Shown: one piece after another, positions 18,538 through 27,752 of the stretch
How positions within the stretch are numbered: the first letter of the stretch is position 1
Layout of the letters: the number at the start of each line of letters is the position of its first letter
Source of the DNA: a virus
DNA: 64,000 bases
Strand: one strand, 5' to 3'
Virus record (IMG/VR): IMGVR_UViG_3300045988_182965
The notes under the pieces: model-generated
Seen by the model: only the letters and a program-made list of their open reading frames with translations
Databases searched by the model: none
What the model was told of the DNA's origin: nothing
Program-made: the position numbers and the translations under genes

Positions 18538-19575
18538 ATGAAGTTCGATTATGTAACCGGAAATCCGCCGTTCAATACAGAATCGGTTGGCGCAAATGAA
18601 AATGATACGCCATTGTATCATTATTTTTATGACGCAGCGTTTCAAATATCAGATAAAGTGGAACTTATAACACCGGGTCGCTTTCTGTTTAATGCAGGCG
18701 GTACACCGAAAGAGTGGAATGAAAAAATGCTAAATGATGTCCACTTTTCGGTTTTATATTATGAGGGCGATGCATCAAAAGTTTTTGCAGGAAAATCAAT
18801 AAACGGTGGCATTGCTATCGGGTACAGAGATACAACTAAAGTTTTTGAACCTATTGGTATTTTTACCGCGTTCCCTGAGCTCAATAATATACTGCTAAAG
18901 ATAAATCATAAATCAAGTGGTAGCTTCGCAGATATTGTTACTAATAGAGGATTGTATAAGTATTCGAACTTGGCCTATGAAGAACATCCGGAAGAAATGA
19001 AGATGACTGCTGACAAACGTATTGCTCCAAGTGCTTTCGAACGTATGCCTAATATGTTTACAGAAGAAAAACCAATTGATGGAAAAGAGTACATTCACAT
19101 ATTCGGAAATTTGAATAAGCAACGCGTATATCGGTGGCTACGCAAAGATTATATATGTCCAGTTAGTAACCTTGATAAATACAAGGTTTTTATATCAAAG
19201 GCAGATGGTGCGGCGGGTCAAATCGGAAAGCCCATTCCTGCACGAATTATTGGCAAACCAATTGTTATGGGTCCCGGCATTGGGTGTACAGAAACGTACA
19301 TTACAATCGGTGAAGTTGATAGCGAGAGTGAAGCAAATAGTATTGCAAAATACATTATGACAAAATTTGCAAGAACTATGATTGGAGTTCTGAAAGTAAC
19401 TCAAAACTATGCAAAACCAACATGGGAAAAGGTTCCAATGCAAAATTTTACTTCAAACTCCGACATCAACTGGTCAGCCTCTATCTATGACATTGACCAG
19501 CAGCTCTACAAGAAGTACGGTCTTTCCCAGCAGGAAATCGATTTCATCGAATCTCATGTGAAGGAGATGGCATAA
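18538..19575 (+). CDS. N6-adenine DNA methyltransferase, catalytic and target-recognition portion. Lacks N-terminal motifs X and I.
   Basis: Begins MKFDYVTGNPPFN (motif IV NPPF), followed by an ITPGRFLF-type motif. Confidence 0.6.
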   Translation: MKFDYVTGNPPFNTESVGANENDTPLYHYFYDAAFQISDKVELITPGRFLFNAGGTPKEWNEKMLNDVHFSVLYYEGDASKVFAGKSINGGIAIGYRDTTKVFEPIGIFTAFPELNNILLKINHKSSGSFADIVTNRGLYKYSNLAYEEHPEEMKMTADKRIAPSAFERMPNMFTEEKPIDGKEYIHIFGNLNKQRVYRWLRKDYICPVSNLDKYKVFISKADGAAGQIGKPIPARIIGKPIVMGPGIGCTETYITIGEVDSESEANSIAKYIMTKFARTMIGVLKVTQNYAKPTWEKVPMQNFTSNSDINWSASIYDIDQQLYKKYGLSQQEIDFIESHVKEMA

Positions 19576-19576
19576 T

Positions 19577-22500
19577 ATGAGCGCCAAAATCGTCATCAAA
19601 ACAACGGGCCGCGTTGTTCCGATGATTTATGCCTATACCACTCCTGAGATTGCCCGCCACAACGGTTGGACGAAAATCGGCTACACCGAGCAGGACGTAG
19701 ACAAACGTCTGAGTCAGCAGACCCATACTGCCGATGTGGAATACAAAGAAGAATGGCGCGGCAACGCTACGTTCGAGGACGGCTCCGGCGATACTTTTAC
19801 CGATAAGGATTTTCACCGCTACCTGCGCAAGCTGAACATTGAGAACGACCCCAAGAACGAATGGTTCCATGTGACAGGGCCTGTCTCCCGCAACCACTTC
19901 TATGATTTCCGCAGCAATCGCGGCATCCTGCAAACTCTGACTGCTGCCACACCGTATAATCTACGTGAGGAACAGGAAGATGCCGTAGAGAAAACGCTGG
20001 ATTACAGCCGTCTGCACACCAAGGGAGAATACCTCTGGAACGCAAAACCGCGCTTCGGCAAGACACTGACGGCCTATGAACTCTGCAAGCAGATGAATGC
20101 GAACACGGTCCTTATCGTGACAAACCGCCCTGCGATTGCAAACTCGTGGTATTCCGATTATGAGAAATTTCTCGGTCCCGATTCCGGGTATCTGTTTGTG
20201 AGCGATACCAGCTCCCTGCAGGGTAAGCCTTTTGTTGTGAGCCGCAATCAGTATCTGGATATGCTGAACAACGGCGACTATAAATGCATCGAGTTCGTCA
20301 GCTTGCAGGACCTCAAAGGCTCCATTTACTTTGGCGGCGAATTTGAAAAGCTGAAAGAAGTCAATGACATCCATTGGGATGTTTTGATTATTGACGAAGC
20401 ACACGAGGGTGTAGATACCTACAAGACGGATGTGGCGTTCGACCACATTGAACGCAACTTTACGCTGCACCTGTCCGGCACGCCGTTCAAGGCTATTGCC
20501 AGCGAAAAATTCAAAGAGGATGCCATCTATAACTGGACCTATGCCGACGAGCAAAAGAAAAAACGCGATTGGCAGGGCGACCAGAGCGAACAGAACCCCT
20601 ATGCCAATCTGCCGCAACTCAATATGTTCACCTATCAGATGTCTGAGGTCGTTCGGGATGAACTGAAACAAGGCATCGAAATCAACGGTGAAACAGAAGA
20701 GTGGGCCTTTGACCTGAATGAATTTTTTGCGGTCAATCAGGCCGGAAACTTTGTGCATGACAGCGCGGTGGACAAGTTCCTTGATGCGCTGACTACACAG
20801 ACTAAGTTCCCGTTCTCTACGCCGGAACTGCGAGATGAATTAAAGCATACGCTTTGGCTGCTGAACCGTGTGGACAGCGCCAAGGCGCTGGCCCGCAAGC
20901 TGAACAACCATCCTGTTTTCAAGGATTACAAGGTTGTTGCGGCAGTGGGGGATGGCAGACTGAACGATGATGATTCTGCCAAAAAAGCGTTTGACAGCGT
21001 TACCGAGGCTATCGCCCAGAACGATAAAACAATTACGCTGTCTGTCGGACAGCTCACCACGGGCGTTACGATTCCAGAATGGACTGCCGTGCTGATGTTG
21101 AGCAGCATAAAGAGCGCATCCCTGTATATGCAGGCAGCGTTCCGTGCGCAGAACCCGTGTCTGTTCCGAGATAAGGGCAAGTTCTACCGCAAGGAGAACG
21201 CCTACATCTTTGATTTCGACCCGGCGCGAACCCTTATGATTTTTGAGGAGTTCGCCAACGACCTGTATGCCAGCACCTCCGATGGGCGCGGTGATACCGA
21301 AACCCGCAAAAAGCACATCAAGGAACTGTTGAACTTCTTCCCGGTCATCGGTGAGGATGAAGACGGCGAGATGGTGGAGCTGGATGCCGAAAAGGTGCTT
21401 TCCATTCCGCGAAAGATTCGCTCCACAGAAGTTGTGAATCGCGGATTTATGTCCAATTATCTGTTCCAGAACATTTCCAACATCTTCGGTGCTCCGCAAG
21501 CGGTTGTGGACATTATTACGAAGTTCACCCCTGCGGACGAACCAAAAAAGCAGGAAGTCAAGAAAGAGGATTTGGACCACGTCCATGTGGATGAAAACGG
21601 CGATGTCAAGGTAGACGAGGGCTATGTTATCGGTCTGGCTGATGACATTTTTGGCGATAAAATCTATGATACTGTCGGTGAACAGGTCACGCAGGCTATT
21701 GATAAAGTTGCCGTTGACAACCAGCCCAAGGATAAGGCGCTGGAAGCGTTGCAGGAGGCTTTCAAGGTGCAGGCCGTCAAACCTATTGTTGCTGCTGCCA
21801 CCTCTAATTATGGCTCAGAAATCAAGGCTTCGGATGCCAAGCGCGTAGAAAAGAAGCTGGGCGAGGATGCGGACCGTCTGGTTGCGCGGACTTACGGAGA
21901 TTACCGTATTGAAACCAACCAAATCGAAAAAGAGCGTCATGAGCAGTTGGCTTCTGCCGCGCCTCACGAGCAGGAAAAAATCAATCAGGAGTTTGACCAG
22001 AAAAAAGCCGAGGCCACTGAAAAGCTGAAAGCCGCTTTGAATGATACGGTTAACAGCTTCGTGGAAGATGCCGCCAAAGAAACTGTCCGCAGCTATGAGA
22101 CGCAAATTGAGGAACGCAAGAAGAACGATGTGGAAGATACCATCCGTGACCATCTGCGCGGTTTTGCCCGCACAATTCCATCGTTCCTGATGGCCTACGG
22201 TACAGAGGATACCACTCTTGCCAACTTCGACCAAATCGTTCCCGATGAAGTTTTTCAAGAAGTCACCAGCATCACGCTGGAGCAGTTCCGTTTCCTGCGC
22301 GATGGCGGAGATTACGAGGATACCGCCACAGGCGAGACAAAGCACTTTGACGGGAAGCTATTTGATGAAGTCGTATTCGATGATTCCATCAAAGAGTTCC
22401 TACGGCTGAAACGTGAGCTGGCAAACTATTTTGACCCAGCAAACGAGAAGGACATCTTCGACTACATCCCGCCACAGCGCACGAACCAAATCTTTACGCC

Positions 22501-22873
22501 GAAAGCAACTGTGGCGAAGATGGTATCGCTTTTGGAAGAAGAAAATCCCGGATGCTTTGATGACCCGGACAAGACCTTTATTGACCTGTACATGAAATCG
22601 GGCCTGTACATTACCGAAATCGTGAAGCGCCTGTACCAGAGCGAAGGCATGAAAACCGCGTTCCCGAACCCCAAGGAGCGGCTCGAACACATCTTTGAAA
22701 AGCAGGTCTACGGTCTGGCCCCATCCGAAATTATTTATCGCATTGCGACCAACTATATTCTTGGGTTCTCTGAGGAGCATAACGGAAAGCAGTATAACTT
22801 TCGTATGTGCGATACATTGCCTTATGCAAAGGATGGGACGTTGAGCGAAAAGCTGGATGAGTTATTTGGATAA
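19577..22873 (+). CDS. T5orf172 (GIY-YIG-related) domain plus SF2 DEAH helicase. Carries a C-terminal MTase AdoMet-binding segment (motifs X and I only).
   Basis: N-terminal WTKIGYTEQDVDKRLSQQ. Helicase motifs PRFGKT, IIDEAHEG, SGTP and QAAFRAQNP. C-terminal IFTPKATVAKMV and FIDLYMKSGLYI resemble MTase motifs X and I. Confidence 0.6.
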   Translation: MSAKIVIKTTGRVVPMIYAYTTPEIARHNGWTKIGYTEQDVDKRLSQQTHTADVEYKEEWRGNATFEDGSGDTFTDKDFHRYLRKLNIENDPKNEWFHVTGPVSRNHFYDFRSNRGILQTLTAATPYNLREEQEDAVEKTLDYSRLHTKGEYLWNAKPRFGKTLTAYELCKQMNANTVLIVTNRPAIANSWYSDYEKFLGPDSGYLFVSDTSSLQGKPFVVSRNQYLDMLNNGDYKCIEFVSLQDLKGSIYFGGEFEKLKEVNDIHWDVLIIDEAHEGVDTYKTDVAFDHIERNFTLHLSGTPFKAIASEKFKEDAIYNWTYADEQKKKRDWQGDQSEQNPYANLPQLNMFTYQMSEVVRDELKQGIEINGETEEWAFDLNEFFAVNQAGNFVHDSAVDKFLDALTTQTKFPFSTPELRDELKHTLWLLNRVDSAKALARKLNNHPVFKDYKVVAAVGDGRLNDDDSAKKAFDSVTEAIAQNDKTITLSVGQLTTGVTIPEWTAVLMLSSIKSASLYMQAAFRAQNPCLFRDKGKFYRKENAYIFDFDPARTLMIFEEFANDLYASTSDGRGDTETRKKHIKELLNFFPVIGEDEDGEMVELDAEKVLSIPRKIRSTEVVNRGFMSNYLFQNISNIFGAPQAVVDIITKFTPADEPKKQEVKKEDLDHVHVDENGDVKVDEGYVIGLADDIFGDKIYDTVGEQVTQAIDKVAVDNQPKDKALEALQEAFKVQAVKPIVAAATSNYGSEIKASDAKRVEKKLGEDADRLVARTYGDYRIETNQIEKERHEQLASAAPHEQEKINQEFDQKKAEATEKLKAALNDTVNSFVEDAAKETVRSYETQIEERKKNDVEDTIRDHLRGFARTIPSFLMAYGTEDTTLANFDQIVPDEVFQEVTSITLEQFRFLRDGGDYEDTATGETKHFDGKLFDEVVFDDSIKEFLRLKRELANYFDPANEKDIFDYIPPQRTNQIFTPKATVAKMVSLLEEENPGCFDDPDKTFIDLYMKSGLYITEIVKRLYQSEGMKTAFPNPKERLEHIFEKQVYGLAPSEIIYRIATNYILGFSEEHNGKQYNFRMCDTLPYAKDGTLSEKLDELFG

Positions 22874-22892
22874 AACAGTATAGGAATATAGC

Positions 22893-22935
22893 TAAGCCGC
22901 CAAGCGAGTGAAATCGTTTGGTGGCTTTTTTCTTT
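22893..22935 (+). terminator. Rho-independent terminator
   Basis: agccgccaa ... ttggtggct followed by TTTTTTCTTT. Confidence 0.55.
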
Positions 22936-22949
22936 GTGCTATTGGCAGA

Positions 22950-23012
22950 AAACTTGCTGCGGACTTGCTATGCACTTGTTGAGGATTTGTCGGAGACTTG
23001 TCAAGGACTTGC
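22950..23012. repeat. Array of 5-6 (G)ACTTG(C) direct repeats
   Basis: aaaacttgctgcggacttgctatgcacttgttgaggatttgtcggagacttgtcaaggacttgc. Confidence 0.55.
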
Positions 23013-23075
23013 TTTAATTTTCCACGGAAGGTGCCGTTCAAAAGCCGAACGCCTTGTCAAGCTCAAAACACAAAA

Positions 23076-23471
23076 ATAAAAGTTTAGTTCCGGAAAATGC
23101 GAATTAAAAGTTTCGTTTTGGAAAAACGCAAAGTAAGACGCAAGTTTAGAAAACAACTCAAAAGCAATAAAACAGCAACATATCGATACTTTCGACTCAT
23201 TGTTGCAACAAACTTGCGGCCTATTTGCGGCTAGAAAGGGAATATCGCTCCAAGGCGCGGAAAAATGTCACAAGCGAACTGCTGAAACGCCGGAATTTTG
23301 TCGCAGGCCGCTCTTCACAAAAGTGAAAGGTACTGCTTCGAATCTGTGATGAGACAACCGGAGCGAGTTAACAGCAGAAGTTCAGCTGTCTCAAATGTTG
23401 TCAAGCCCGAAACACGAAAATTAAAAGTTCAGTTTTGGAAAGCGCCGATTAAAGGTTTCGCTTTGGAAAAC
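23076..23471. repeat. Two imperfect ~55-bp direct repeats (AAAAGTTyAGTTyyGGAAAryGCsrATTAAArGTTTCGyTTTGGAAAA)
   Basis: Copies at 23076-23130 and 23417-23471. Confidence 0.55.
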
Positions 23472-23627
23472 CCAACAGGGAAGGGAAAAAACTAAAGTAT
23501 AAATGCACGGAATTACGCCTCCTGATTTGTGCAATCTAACAAAATAGGTTACATTCTCACGAAAACGAAAAATCCGAAGTGATTCTTGGTGTATAATAGT
23601 TCTATCGCAAAGAAAGAAGGAAATAAC

Positions 23628-24572
23628 ATGAAAAAGGTTATATCTTTAGCACTTTCGGCATTACTTGCACTCTCGCTGGCTGCCTGCGGTGGCTCGAATA
23701 CCTCTACTGCCGCTTCCAGTACGGCGAACAGCGAACCTTCAACCGAGGCAGTCCAAGCAGAGGCACCTGAATCCGAGCCGGAAGAGACGCCTGAAGCCAA
23801 ATCCGAATTTCAGGAACAAACCATTGTGGATAACGAGTATTGCACAGTCATCCTCAAAGATATTGATGAAGATGGATTGTGGGGCTACAGCTGGAAGATA
23901 TACTTGGAAAACAAAACGGCTGACAAAACTCTGATGTTTAGCATGAACAATACTTCGGTGAACGGTGTGATGGTTGACCCGCTTTGGGCCGCAACTGTAG
24001 CTCCTGGAAAGAAGTCCAATGAAACAATTTCCTGGATGAGCACCAGCCTTGAGAAAAACAATATCAAGGCCGATGACATCACGCAGGTTTCTTTCACTTT
24101 GAATGTCTATGACAAAGATGATTGGGCAGCAGATAAGTTTGTCGATGAAGAGTTCACCATTTACCCGAAAGGTGAGGAAAATGCCTCGACGGTTGAGCGT
24201 GAAGCACAGAGTACCGATATCGTTCTCTTCGACAATGATTCCTGCAGTATGACTGTGACGGGATTTGAGCATGATGATATTTTCGGATACACTGTCAAAG
24301 CTTATCTTGTCAACAAGACGGACAAAGACTTGATGTTCTCCTGTAACGATGCTTCCATAAACGGCTACATGGCGGACCCGCTCTGGGCAACGACTGTGGC
24401 GGCGGGGAAGACTAGTAACAGCGATATTTCGTGGTCGGACAGTACACTTGAGGAAAACGGCATTGACGAGTCCAGCATCGAAGAAATCGAATTGCCGATT
24501 ACGGTATATCCGAGCGAGGACTGGATGGCAGATAAGCTGGTTGATGAGACTTTTACCATTAACCCCCAGTGA
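23628..24572 (+). CDS. Lipoprotein, paralog family A member 1 (internally duplicated domain)
   Basis: Signal peptide with lipobox LAACGG. Two internal copies of a DPLWA(A/T)TVAxGK(K/T)SN module. Promoter TGGTGTATAAT. Confidence 0.65.
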   Translation: MKKVISLALSALLALSLAACGGSNTSTAASSTANSEPSTEAVQAEAPESEPEETPEAKSEFQEQTIVDNEYCTVILKDIDEDGLWGYSWKIYLENKTADKTLMFSMNNTSVNGVMVDPLWAATVAPGKKSNETISWMSTSLEKNNIKADDITQVSFTLNVYDKDDWAADKFVDEEFTIYPKGEENASTVEREAQSTDIVLFDNDSCSMTVTGFEHDDIFGYTVKAYLVNKTDKDLMFSCNDASINGYMADPLWATTVAAGKTSNSDISWSDSTLEENGIDESSIEEIELPITVYPSEDWMADKLVDETFTINPQ

Positions 24573-24589
24573 TAGAAGGGAAGTACATA

Positions 24590-25306
24590 ATGAAAAAGAT
24601 TCTTTCGTTGCTCCTTGCAGCAACACTCGCGTTTTCTCTTGCTGCGTGCTCTTCCGGGAATACTTCTTCGAGCAGTGCAGCTGCATCCGATTCCGCATCT
24701 TCTGAGGAGAGCACCAGCGATTCCTCTTTGGAAGTCGAGAAGAAGCTGTTGACTGTCGAAATCACGCTTCCCGCATCCATGTTCGAATCTGATTCAGAAG
24801 AGGCTGAATCCGGAGAAGAATCTGCATCCGATGAAGTGGAGATTCACGAGACTCCTGAAGAGTATTGCAATCGTGTTGTGAAAGAGGATGGCTATCTGAG
24901 CGCGGTTCCTAACACGGACGGCTCGGTCACGCTCACAATGACGAAAGCCAAACACAGTGAAATGATGGCCGAAATGAAGCAGTCTATCGATGACAACATT
25001 CAGAAGTCGATAGGCGATGATGGCTTCCAATCCATCAAGGAAGTCACCTACAATGACGATGTCACAGAATTCACGGTAAAGGTTGACCGTGAGGCGTTTG
25101 AGGGAAGTTGGGACGGCTTGTCTGCACTTACCTATGCTTTATGCGGCGCAGCATACCAGTATTATAGCGGAGTGTCTGACCCGCATGTTGTAGTCAACTT
25201 TATCGATGCCGATACTGGTGAAACCATCAGCAGCTCTACCTATCCCGATGACTACCAAGATTTGCTGGGGGACAGTTCGGAAGAAGAGGAAGCAAGCAGC
25301 AACTAA
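24590..25306 (+). CDS. Acidic lipoprotein, unrelated to family A
   Basis: Signal peptide with lipobox LAACSS. Ser/Glu-rich. Confidence 0.55.
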   Translation: MKKILSLLLAATLAFSLAACSSGNTSSSSAAASDSASSEESTSDSSLEVEKKLLTVEITLPASMFESDSEEAESGEESASDEVEIHETPEEYCNRVVKEDGYLSAVPNTDGSVTLTMTKAKHSEMMAEMKQSIDDNIQKSIGDDGFQSIKEVTYNDDVTEFTVKVDREAFEGSWDGLSALTYALCGAAYQYYSGVSDPHVVVNFIDADTGETISSSTYPDDYQDLLGDSSEEEEASSN

Positions 25307-25360
25307 TCCAGAATAGTGTTGCCTTAAAAAACAGCACCTGTTGTTAGGAGAGATAAAACA

Positions 25361-26440
25361 ATGAGAAAACTCGTTTCGATTGCAGTATCCGCTGCACTCA
25401 TGCTATCTTTGTCTGCCTGTGGCAAGGCAGACAGTTCTGCTGCAGCCTCAAGTGAATCCAAGTCAAGTGCTTCGTCAAATAGCACTTCCAATAGCACGCA
25501 AGATTACAGCCCTGACGGGATTAAAGTAGGAGAGACATATACTACAGAAGACGGCAAAACATATGAAAGGGTGTGGAACGGCACAGGCAGCGATTTACCT
25601 ACGCCGTCCCCCGAACCCAAAATTACATACGATAATGATTTCCAGGCACAAACACTTGTTGATAATGAAGAATGCACCATTATCTTGCAGAGCGTTGGTT
25701 ACGATGATGATTACGGCTATTATTGGAAGCTTTATTTCAAGAATAAGACATCAGATAAAAAACTCGGTTACTCGTTTGATGACTGCACATTGAATGGCGT
25801 GGGTGCGAGCCTTTGGCTTACGAGTGTTGAACCTGGTCAAGAGGAAACGGAGATTCACCATTGGGAAAGTTCCGGGCTTAAAATCTATAACATCAATCCG
25901 CAGGATATCGATACGGTAAGTTTTTATCTCGATGTCTATAACGAATTAGATTATGATGTTACCCCACGACATGACTTTGTTGATGACGATTTTGTAGTTT
26001 ATCCAAAAGGGGAAGAAAACGCGACCGAGCCAAAGCATGAAACCCAACCAACAGACCTCGTACTGGCCGATAATGACGCTTGCGCCCTGATGATTTGTGG
26101 ATTTGACCCCAACGGCCTACACGGTTATACGGCTAAGGCTTACATAGAAAACAAAACAGATAAAGAAATCATGTTTGCCTTCAGAAGCGGAGGCTCCATA
26201 AATGGCTTTGAGTGCTTTCCCGAAACAGATACAATGGGAATTGATGCGCACACTAATGCCTATGTAGACATCTACTATTACGATTATTTAGATACTTATG
26301 AGGCCAACGGTAAAGACCCCACCTCTATCACCGAAATGGTGATGCCAATCGTTATAAACAATTTCAATACTCGGGACATCTATGTAGATGAGACTTTCAC
26401 TATTAACCCTCAGACAAATTCCGTGACAACATCGGAATAA
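25361..26440 (+). CDS. Lipoprotein, paralog family A member 2
   Basis: Lipobox LSACGK. YPKGEENATEPKHETQPTDLVL shared with member 3. Confidence 0.65.
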   Translation: MRKLVSIAVSAALMLSLSACGKADSSAAASSESKSSASSNSTSNSTQDYSPDGIKVGETYTTEDGKTYERVWNGTGSDLPTPSPEPKITYDNDFQAQTLVDNEECTIILQSVGYDDDYGYYWKLYFKNKTSDKKLGYSFDDCTLNGVGASLWLTSVEPGQEETEIHHWESSGLKIYNINPQDIDTVSFYLDVYNELDYDVTPRHDFVDDDFVVYPKGEENATEPKHETQPTDLVLADNDACALMICGFDPNGLHGYTAKAYIENKTDKEIMFAFRSGGSINGFECFPETDTMGIDAHTNAYVDIYYYDYLDTYEANGKDPTSITEMVMPIVINNFNTRDIYVDETFTINPQTNSVTTSE

Positions 26441-26555
26441 TTTGACACTCTCCTACGATTGAAATTGTTGGCTTTTCCATGCTTCGTTTGCATTTTTTGC
26501 AATAAAGGCTTCGTTCTGGAAAACGCGCTGGAAAAGGAAAACGCCGAAGCGCTTT

Positions 26556-26568
26556 TGGTGTATAATAC
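26556..26568 (+). promoter_or_regulatory. Extended -10 promoter TGGTGTATAAT, identical to the one before 23628
   Basis: Same 13-mer upstream of both family A genes. Confidence 0.5.
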
Positions 26569-26597
26569 CTTCATACAAAGAAATAAAGGAGAAAATC

Positions 26598-27620
26598 ATG
26601 AAAAAGGTTGTATCATTAGCACTTTCGGCTTTGCTTGTCCTTTCCCTGGCCGCCTGTAGCAGCTCTAACACTACCAGTACTGCTGCCAGCAGTGCAGCTA
26701 CATCTGATGCTGCATCCTCCGAGGAAAGCACCAGCGACTCTTCAGCGAGTACTGCAAGTAGTGCTGCCGATAATGCAACGGCTGAACCCGACATCCAGTT
26801 CGATGAGAGCTTCCAGCCACAGACGATTGCCGACAACGATACCTGTACCATCATCCTGCAGAACGTGGGTTATGATGACAGCTATGGCTACTACTGGACC
26901 GTTGATTTCCAAAATAAAACGGATGACAAAACTCTTTGCGCTATCACAAGCAGTTCATCGCTGAACGGAATCCCAGCCGATACCAGCTGGTTCCCGGAAA
27001 TCGGACCCGGAGAAAAGGTTACTGAAGTCGTTTCGTGGGACAGCGAAGGACTGGAAATCTACGGAGTGAAGCCACAAAACATCGACACCGTCAAACTTCA
27101 TATCAATGTATACGATGAAGCCGAATGGGATGTGTCGAATCGGGAGGACCCGGTTGATGATGACTTCGTAATTTATCCCAAAGGTGAAGAGAACGCGACA
27201 GAACCCAAACATGAGATTCAGCCTACAGATATTGTTCTGTTCGACAATGATGCCTGCACCATGGCCATTTGCGGATTCTATTCGGACAGTTTCATGGGCT
27301 ACACGGCAAAAGCCTACTATCAGAATAAAACAGATGACCGTATCGACATTATTCTGGATAAAGGCTCCATCAATGGCTTTGAGTGTACCCCGGGAGGAAC
27401 GACATTGCTGGAACCACATTCTAATGCCTACGTGGATATCCGTTGGCAGGAATATGCCGAAACCTATGCAGAAAATGGCAATGACCTGACATCCATCACA
27501 GAAATCGTAATGCCGGTTTTTGCAAGAAAGGATACAGGGAGCAATACGGTATACATCGATGCCACTTATTCTATTGACCCACAGGGAAGAACGGTAACAC
27601 CGGTGGTAGACTTCAAATGA
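26598..27620 (+). CDS. Lipoprotein, paralog family A member 3
   Basis: Lipobox LAACSS. YPKGEENATEPKHEIQPTDIVLFDNDAC matches member 2. Confidence 0.65.
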   Translation: MKKVVSLALSALLVLSLAACSSSNTTSTAASSAATSDAASSEESTSDSSASTASSAADNATAEPDIQFDESFQPQTIADNDTCTIILQNVGYDDSYGYYWTVDFQNKTDDKTLCAITSSSSLNGIPADTSWFPEIGPGEKVTEVVSWDSEGLEIYGVKPQNIDTVKLHINVYDEAEWDVSNREDPVDDDFVIYPKGEENATEPKHEIQPTDIVLFDNDACTMAICGFYSDSFMGYTAKAYYQNKTDDRIDIILDKGSINGFECTPGGTTLLEPHSNAYVDIRWQEYAETYAENGNDLTSITEIVMPVFARKDTGSNTVYIDATYSIDPQGRTVTPVVDFK

Positions 27621-27721
27621 TTATCACATGATTTTCCGAAACCAAAAAACTTCTGAAAATACAGCAAAACTTTTCTGAAATTGGAAAACTTTTTTAGCCT
27701 TCTGGAACTCAAAAGTAAAAG

Positions 27722-27752
27722 CGCTCACCGTTTTCGGTGGGCGCTTATCTTT
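27722..27752. terminator. Bidirectional terminator between convergent genes
   Basis: agcgctcaccg tttt cggtgggcgct followed by a T-run. Confidence 0.55.

Noticed and set aside
19961-21586. Minus-strand ORFs of 265 and 248 aa inside the helicase gene
   Set aside because: Shadow frames of the 1098-aa helicase gene, which has clear Walker, DEAH and motif VI signatures.
23739-24698. 319-aa minus-strand ORF across the lipoprotein genes
   Set aside because: Antisense to well-supported lipoprotein genes with signal peptides and lipoboxes. Composition is Arg/Cys-rich.
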